Assembly: GCA_903856085.1 (NCBI GenBank)
Contig: CAIOAT010000016.1
Span: 8,581-72,580, forward strand
Source of the DNA: Candidatus Omnitrophota bacterium
GTDB lineage: Bacteria > Omnitrophota > Omnitrophia > Omnitrophales > Aquincolibacteriaceae
Length of the DNA stretch: 64,000 nucleotides
Direction of reading: 5' to 3'
Shown here: positions 17,201-23,200 of the stretch, in pieces
Position numbering within the stretch: position 1 is the first letter of the stretch
Layout: each line of letters begins with the position of its first letter
Made by a program: the position numbers and the translations under genes
The notes under the pieces: generated by a model
Seen by the model: only the letters and a program-made list of their open reading frames with translations
What the model was told of the DNA's origin: nothing
Databases searched by the model: none

Positions 17201-20200
17201 AAAAATGGTCTAGCTTGTTTCCTTCCAGCTCATCAAGTTCGGCTGTGGGATGGAACGCTTTATGGAGTCCTGCTTTTGCCACGCGCATGGCCTCACGTTC
17301 ATTTTCAAATCCGGATATTCCCAGTTTTTGCATATTGGCCGTCACGCGTCTAAAGCTGTTCAGCGTCACCCACCGATTGATCGCCACCATCAGCGTCACC
17401 CCGAGGCAAAGACGCCATATGGAAAAGGTCCAGAGAACCTTCCGATTGTGCAGGATCTTCTGCCAATCCGAGAACTTCATTCCGTCTTGAAGCAATAACT
17501 TGGGAGGATAAAGATCGATTACCTGGGAAAGGGCAATGAGCCGATTCGACAGATTGAATCCTTCATTAAAATTCTCTGCAAAATCGGCTGATTTTTCAAG
17601 AAACCTCAAAACCTCCTGCTCTTCGATATCATTCCCAGTCCCCCGAGTCGCCTGAAATTGACGGGAAGCCGTCTGAGCGGTCAGGATCGATAAGCGGGCC
17701 AAAATCCCACGGATCTTGACCAGAGAATGCGTGTCGGGTTTCCACATTTCAGAAAGGTCCTCAAAATGTTCCCGGGAAAATCTAAGCAGCGGATGCTGCG
17801 CCAACTCGCTGGCCTTTGTGGTGATCATATCCCTTTCGCCCGAACCCAAGTGCTCATTTTCTAAAAGAAGTCGAGTCCAAGCCTGAAGCGGCTCAACGAT
17901 TTCCTGGAACACCCGCATATCCACGTCATCACCGCGGACCGCTCTTTGTTTATTAGCGTTTCTTTTTAAACGCATCCCGATTTTTCCCGCCTCGTCAAAG
18001 AGAATCTCTAGAGATTCCACGGAATCTCTCCGGAAAAACTTCTCATGCCCTCTTTTTTTCATCAATGCGAAAAAAAGTTTTGGAAGATTCCAGACAAGTA
18101 GAACCAAAGCAAGAACCGGGAAAAAACGCCAACTGATGTAACGAGCCCCAAAAGGGTTCATGAAATACCTCAAGAGAGCCGCTCGCTGCGTGGGATTTTG
18201 TTCTTCCCTTACTAGCTCCAAAAGTCCCAGAACCCCGATCTTTTGTCCGGGATGCATTTGAAATTGTTCCTGAACGGATGCGGGAATCGAATCTATTAAG
18301 CGAAGAGGTGGCGACTTTCTTTCGACAAGATCGCCTTTCTTCTTCGCCCAGGCTGAGGCTTTGGCGGACCCATCGAAAGCAATATCCGCAACACTACCCT
18401 CGCCAAGAATTCCCTCCGTATCGTCGCTGCGGATCACAACTCCCTCCCGTTCACCCAAAAGCCATTGGCTGCTGTTCGCGAGAGGGATCACTGCATACAC
18501 TGTCCCCATCAAAACGCCGCGGGATGTCACGACAGAGACTTTATCTCCTGTTTTAACGCTTCCCGTTTCGACAGGGAGCAGAAAAGGATCCTCATTGGAA
18601 AGACGGCCTGTCCATTCTGCAGAACGGGGGTCAACGCTCGTTCCCAAAAAAACCTCTTTGTTTACAATGCCGGCTTTCGTCACCTGCCCCGCCGCCAACG
18701 TTTGTCCATCTAAAGCAGTAACGCCCAGAACACGACCCCCCACGGGAGCTTTGAGCAGGATGGGCAATCCGCTCCGCTGGATCCCTGCAACGGCCCGCTG
18801 AGCTCTTTTTTCATAGTCCTGGAGAGAGCTTTCGGGAAGAGTCCTAAAGTCCTGGTTCGCCTTACGCATTGTCCGTGCAAGAGTCTCAAGCTGTCTGGCA
18901 ATCTTGAGCTGCCCACCTTGCCCCACAGGGATCCATTCCCCCAAGGAGTCCCCGGCCTTAACCGTTTGTCCATCCCGAACTGTAGCTCGAAAAATTCCGG
19001 CGTCGATCCCGGGAACGGGAGGAACACCGACCGGGATGAACTGTGAAGATGGAATAGTGGTGTGAAATCCGGCATTGTGATGCAATCCTAACGATTCGAC
19101 GCTCGGAGTATTATCTTTTATCAGCTTAATATCATATGCACAACTCGCCCCATGGGCCGGAAGAGATGTGGAAGATGGGAAGCTGAAATGAACTGTTAAA
19201 ATAAATTCGCCGTCCACTCCTTTCGCAAGGTCAAAATGACTTGCTTCCCAATCCAACACATTCACGGAATGCCCATTGACGGAAAGTTCGATATCATCGG
19301 CTCCGGAATATCCCGGAGGAAGAGCAATCTTTATGACCCCCTCATCCAGAGGAACGATCCCCACGGCATAACTACCAGCCGTTGCCGGCCCCTGATCCAG
19401 TGTTTGAACGATTGCCGGGCGGGGCGAAACCAGGATGTCGGCTTCTGCTTCCGCCTTCAGTTGAGCGAGCTCCAGTTGATGTTCGATCCTCTCAAATTGA
19501 TATTGAAATATTGTGTCCCGGTCGAGAGTCCCCGCATCTTTTTCTCCTCTGGCCACCAACCCGCCAAGTTCTCGGATCCTATCTTCCAGAAATTGAGTCC
19601 TGTTATCGCGTTCTGTATCCTCTCCTCTCGCAAGCAGGTCGCCTTTTTTGACAACATCTCCAGGTTTAACGGCATAAGTCATCTTATCTGCCGTCAATGG
19701 GGCTTTGAGCATGACCGCACCGGGAGGATTCACGATTGCTTGTCCTTTGCCTGTATACAAGACAGTTGCTGTGTTTGCGACAGAGTGTTGCTCTTCAAAC
19801 ACTGGTTTGACCTCTGTCCTATCAGAAACAAGGGAGGCTGATGCGACGGAAGACGGCTCTTTCACGGAAGCCTCCTCGTTCGTGACATTCAAAGCATTGG
19901 CAGTCCCGGCTGGGCTTTGAAATGGTATCCCGGAAAAATCTTTCTTCGTGAGTTTCTCCTTTGCGCCTGACGAAGTCATTACCTGTTCTCCTTGAGAAAC
20001 CGCATCGGCCAAGGTTTCGCGCCCATCCACGTTGCCTACACCAAGAATTTCGATGACGGAACTATCCGGAGAGACCGATTGGGGGTTGGATGTCGCATGA
20101 TCGGCTTCAGAAATTTTTGGGCTCTCCGCGGTGGTTGGAAGTGCGGAAGATGGCCCATCCGCAGAAACCCTGTCGGAGAGGACCGATGATGCCGCTGCAA

Positions 20201-23200
20201 CCGGAGAAATATACGCTCTCGATACTTTTGAAGAATGCCCGTTCTCTGGAACGGAAGACGCTCCCTCCAAAGAAACAATTCGGAAATAGCCTTGGTGTTG
20301 GGGCACCACCACGAATGTTGCTTCATAAGGATTCTTGGTTTCCTTGCGTAATGTCCAGATCCCCTTTCTTTCCGTTTTAAGAAATTTCGCACCCTGCAGG
20401 TCTTTTCCTAAAAAAGTCACTGTAGAGGAGGGAACGCCCCGCTGCATTAAAAGCTGCGCTCCTTTCATGTTTTCGGTGATCATTTGTTTGCCCACCAATT
20501 TCTGAATCGCCAATTCATTGGTTTGAGCCAAGGCTGACGAAGCCATGAGAAAAGCCCCCAGCAAAAATCCTCCCATTATTTTTAACAAGAAATGGATTCC
20601 CAGCTTTCGGCGAACTTCTGAACGCTGTGGTGCAATTCCTAGCCCGAAGAAATTTGCCCCGGTGATAACATTCAAAGGTTCTACCCACGTTTCGGATGCG
20701 CGCAGATCTGTAAAACCCTTCGTAGTCCATACTTTTTCGGATACAACTTGAGCATTCAACCAATCTCTTAGTTCGTCCGGGATAGTTTTTGATCCCACCA
20801 GTCTCCACGAGAAAACCTTCCGGGAAAAACCTAAGACGATTTGGATATCAGCAATGGGTGGGGCGTTTTGATTCGTCTTCACGTGAAATAGGGTGCCATT
20901 TATGCCAAGCTTGTGCCCTCGTCTTAAAAATCCCTGCAATTCTGGAGACATCTCCAAAACAATTTTGCCAAGATCAACCCTGTAAACCAACCCCGCAACC
21001 TTTGTCTCTGGCCCAAAAGCTTCAATGTGCTTCGCCGAAAGAGAGGCTGCGCTCCGCATTTCGAATCTTGTCACACCCTTCTTGAAAGACCGATAAGCCT
21101 GCATCAAAAGGCCTGCGGCGATTGCTGACGCTTCCTCTTTTTCTTCAGCCCTTAGCTTTGATTCCCGCGTGTTCAATTCGATATATTCACGAATTCGAAC
21201 GTTAAGTCCAGATAGCGCAGAGGAGGTAAAATTCATCTCGAAAGATTCGATCGCTTTAGCGGCTAGCGCGTAAGGAACCAAGGTATCCGGCAGATCCTTG
21301 GCCTGTCCAAGATCGTTTCTAACCGATTCCAAATCGGCAAAAGTAACCCCGCCATTCCGTTCTTTTCCATAAATGAGTCCCCACGCAAGCGCCCAAGCCG
21401 CCATCGCCTGCTCAGCAGGGATTCGAATGGCCCCCTTAGCCGACGTCATAAGCTCGAGTGACACGGCGAGCATAGACGTCGGGATCATTGCATCCGCATC
21501 ATCCAACAACCCGCCATCGATCAAGCTCACGATCGCATGATGGGCAAGAGCACGCACGGTTCCGCAATCACTGAGATTAAGTTGCAAAAGCACTTCTGCA
21601 CGCTTCAAAGCTTCCCCAAGGATTTCCTTATTCATAACGGGATCAAGATAATTTGAACGCGCCTCCGAACGAACGACGATTTGCGCTTTCACCGATCCCG
21701 GTTCAGAACGGCCAGACGCTGCCTTTTCGCGAGAAAACCGATGGCGAGAGAGTTTCGAATCAACATTGGAACGCCGAAAGGCCTCTGAAATCAAAACACC
21801 CAGATGAATTTTTTTAATCATTTTCAAAGCCACCCAGGAAAAGGCAATATCCCCCGTAAGGATGACGAGCTCTGAAAGGTAGGGGCTTACAAGCTTGTTG
21901 ATAATCATCGCCATCCCCTCAACAGGAAGGAACCATAACAACAATTGACGGCGACTCTCCTTAAAAGATCCGTGGCTTTTGAAGAGTCGTAGAGATTCGA
22001 AGTTATTTTCAGGATAGATGTTTGTATAATATTTCCAGAGCATAAGTGGATAAAAAATATAAAAATTGATCAAAGCATCCCCCATGGTTTTAAGGACGAT
22101 CTCAGACCACACATCAAGCCATGGGGAAAGATTTAATTTCCCGATTAAGGCATAATAAACGGTAAAAAATAAAGCGAACAAGCTAGCTGGAGCTGCGGCT
22201 TTCCTGGAGTCTTTCCAGAATGTTTTCATGAACACTCCTCGAAAGCCATGGCGAAGATAATCCTGCATCCAGACACAATATGCCGCAATCATGCCAGCCC
22301 AGGCGATACTCACGCCAAGTGAAAGAACTAAAGAATGCCATGACGCGTTCTGAAGATGCGGTTTAAGGATAAACGCCAGCCCCAGAGTGGCGGCTGAAAA
22401 TCCAGCTGTCCCCATCGCGGCAGGTGTGATTTGTTTGAGATGAGCGAGTTTGGATCTCTGGTTCCTTATTTCGGACCGGCCGAGCAAGACTTGGGGCAAT
22501 CCCTTTACGTCCCGAGTAAGCACTTGCAGCTCTTTGGCTGCCAATGTGGCCGCCTTGCGAGAGAATAGGATTTGGATCTGATTACTGGGGATCTTTAAAG
22601 CGTCCACAATAAGCCGGTCCTCGGTAACGCCAGCCCCACGAGCCTTTTTCAGATAGCCATCAATCCTTGCATTCTCGGCCTCCGCAATCCGTATCGTCTC
22701 ATTTTCAGCCACAATCGTTTGAAGAAGACCTGCAATCTTCTCTTCGATTTTGTCATGAACTGTCAAGAGCTCGGCTTCCGCTACACGAGTCTCCAGAAGA
22801 GCTATTTCCCGATTGGCTCGCTCAGCGCCCCCGAAAGTCACCTTCCCGCCGAGACCTACGGCCTGCTGATCCTCCGTGCGTTGTTTTGCCTCCGGAACAA
22901 CTCTTGTATTGAACACATCCGGAACTTTTGTCCCATAGGAATCGAAATAGTTGAATCCCTTAAGACCGATCGAGTAACCGTTCTCTCTTGCAGCCAATCT
23001 CGCGGCCGTTGCGGCAGTCAAACGGGCCTCATAAGCCAACGCAAGTTCACGGTTTGCCGGAAGTTTGACGCCTTCTTTGGAGGTTGCTTTAAGACCAAGC
23101 GCTATTCGTTGATCGGTTGTGATCGTCCACCCTTCCGGAAATCGCACATAATTCAAGGCATTGGAAAAAGTCGCACATCCTAAGATGTTTTGGCCATAGA

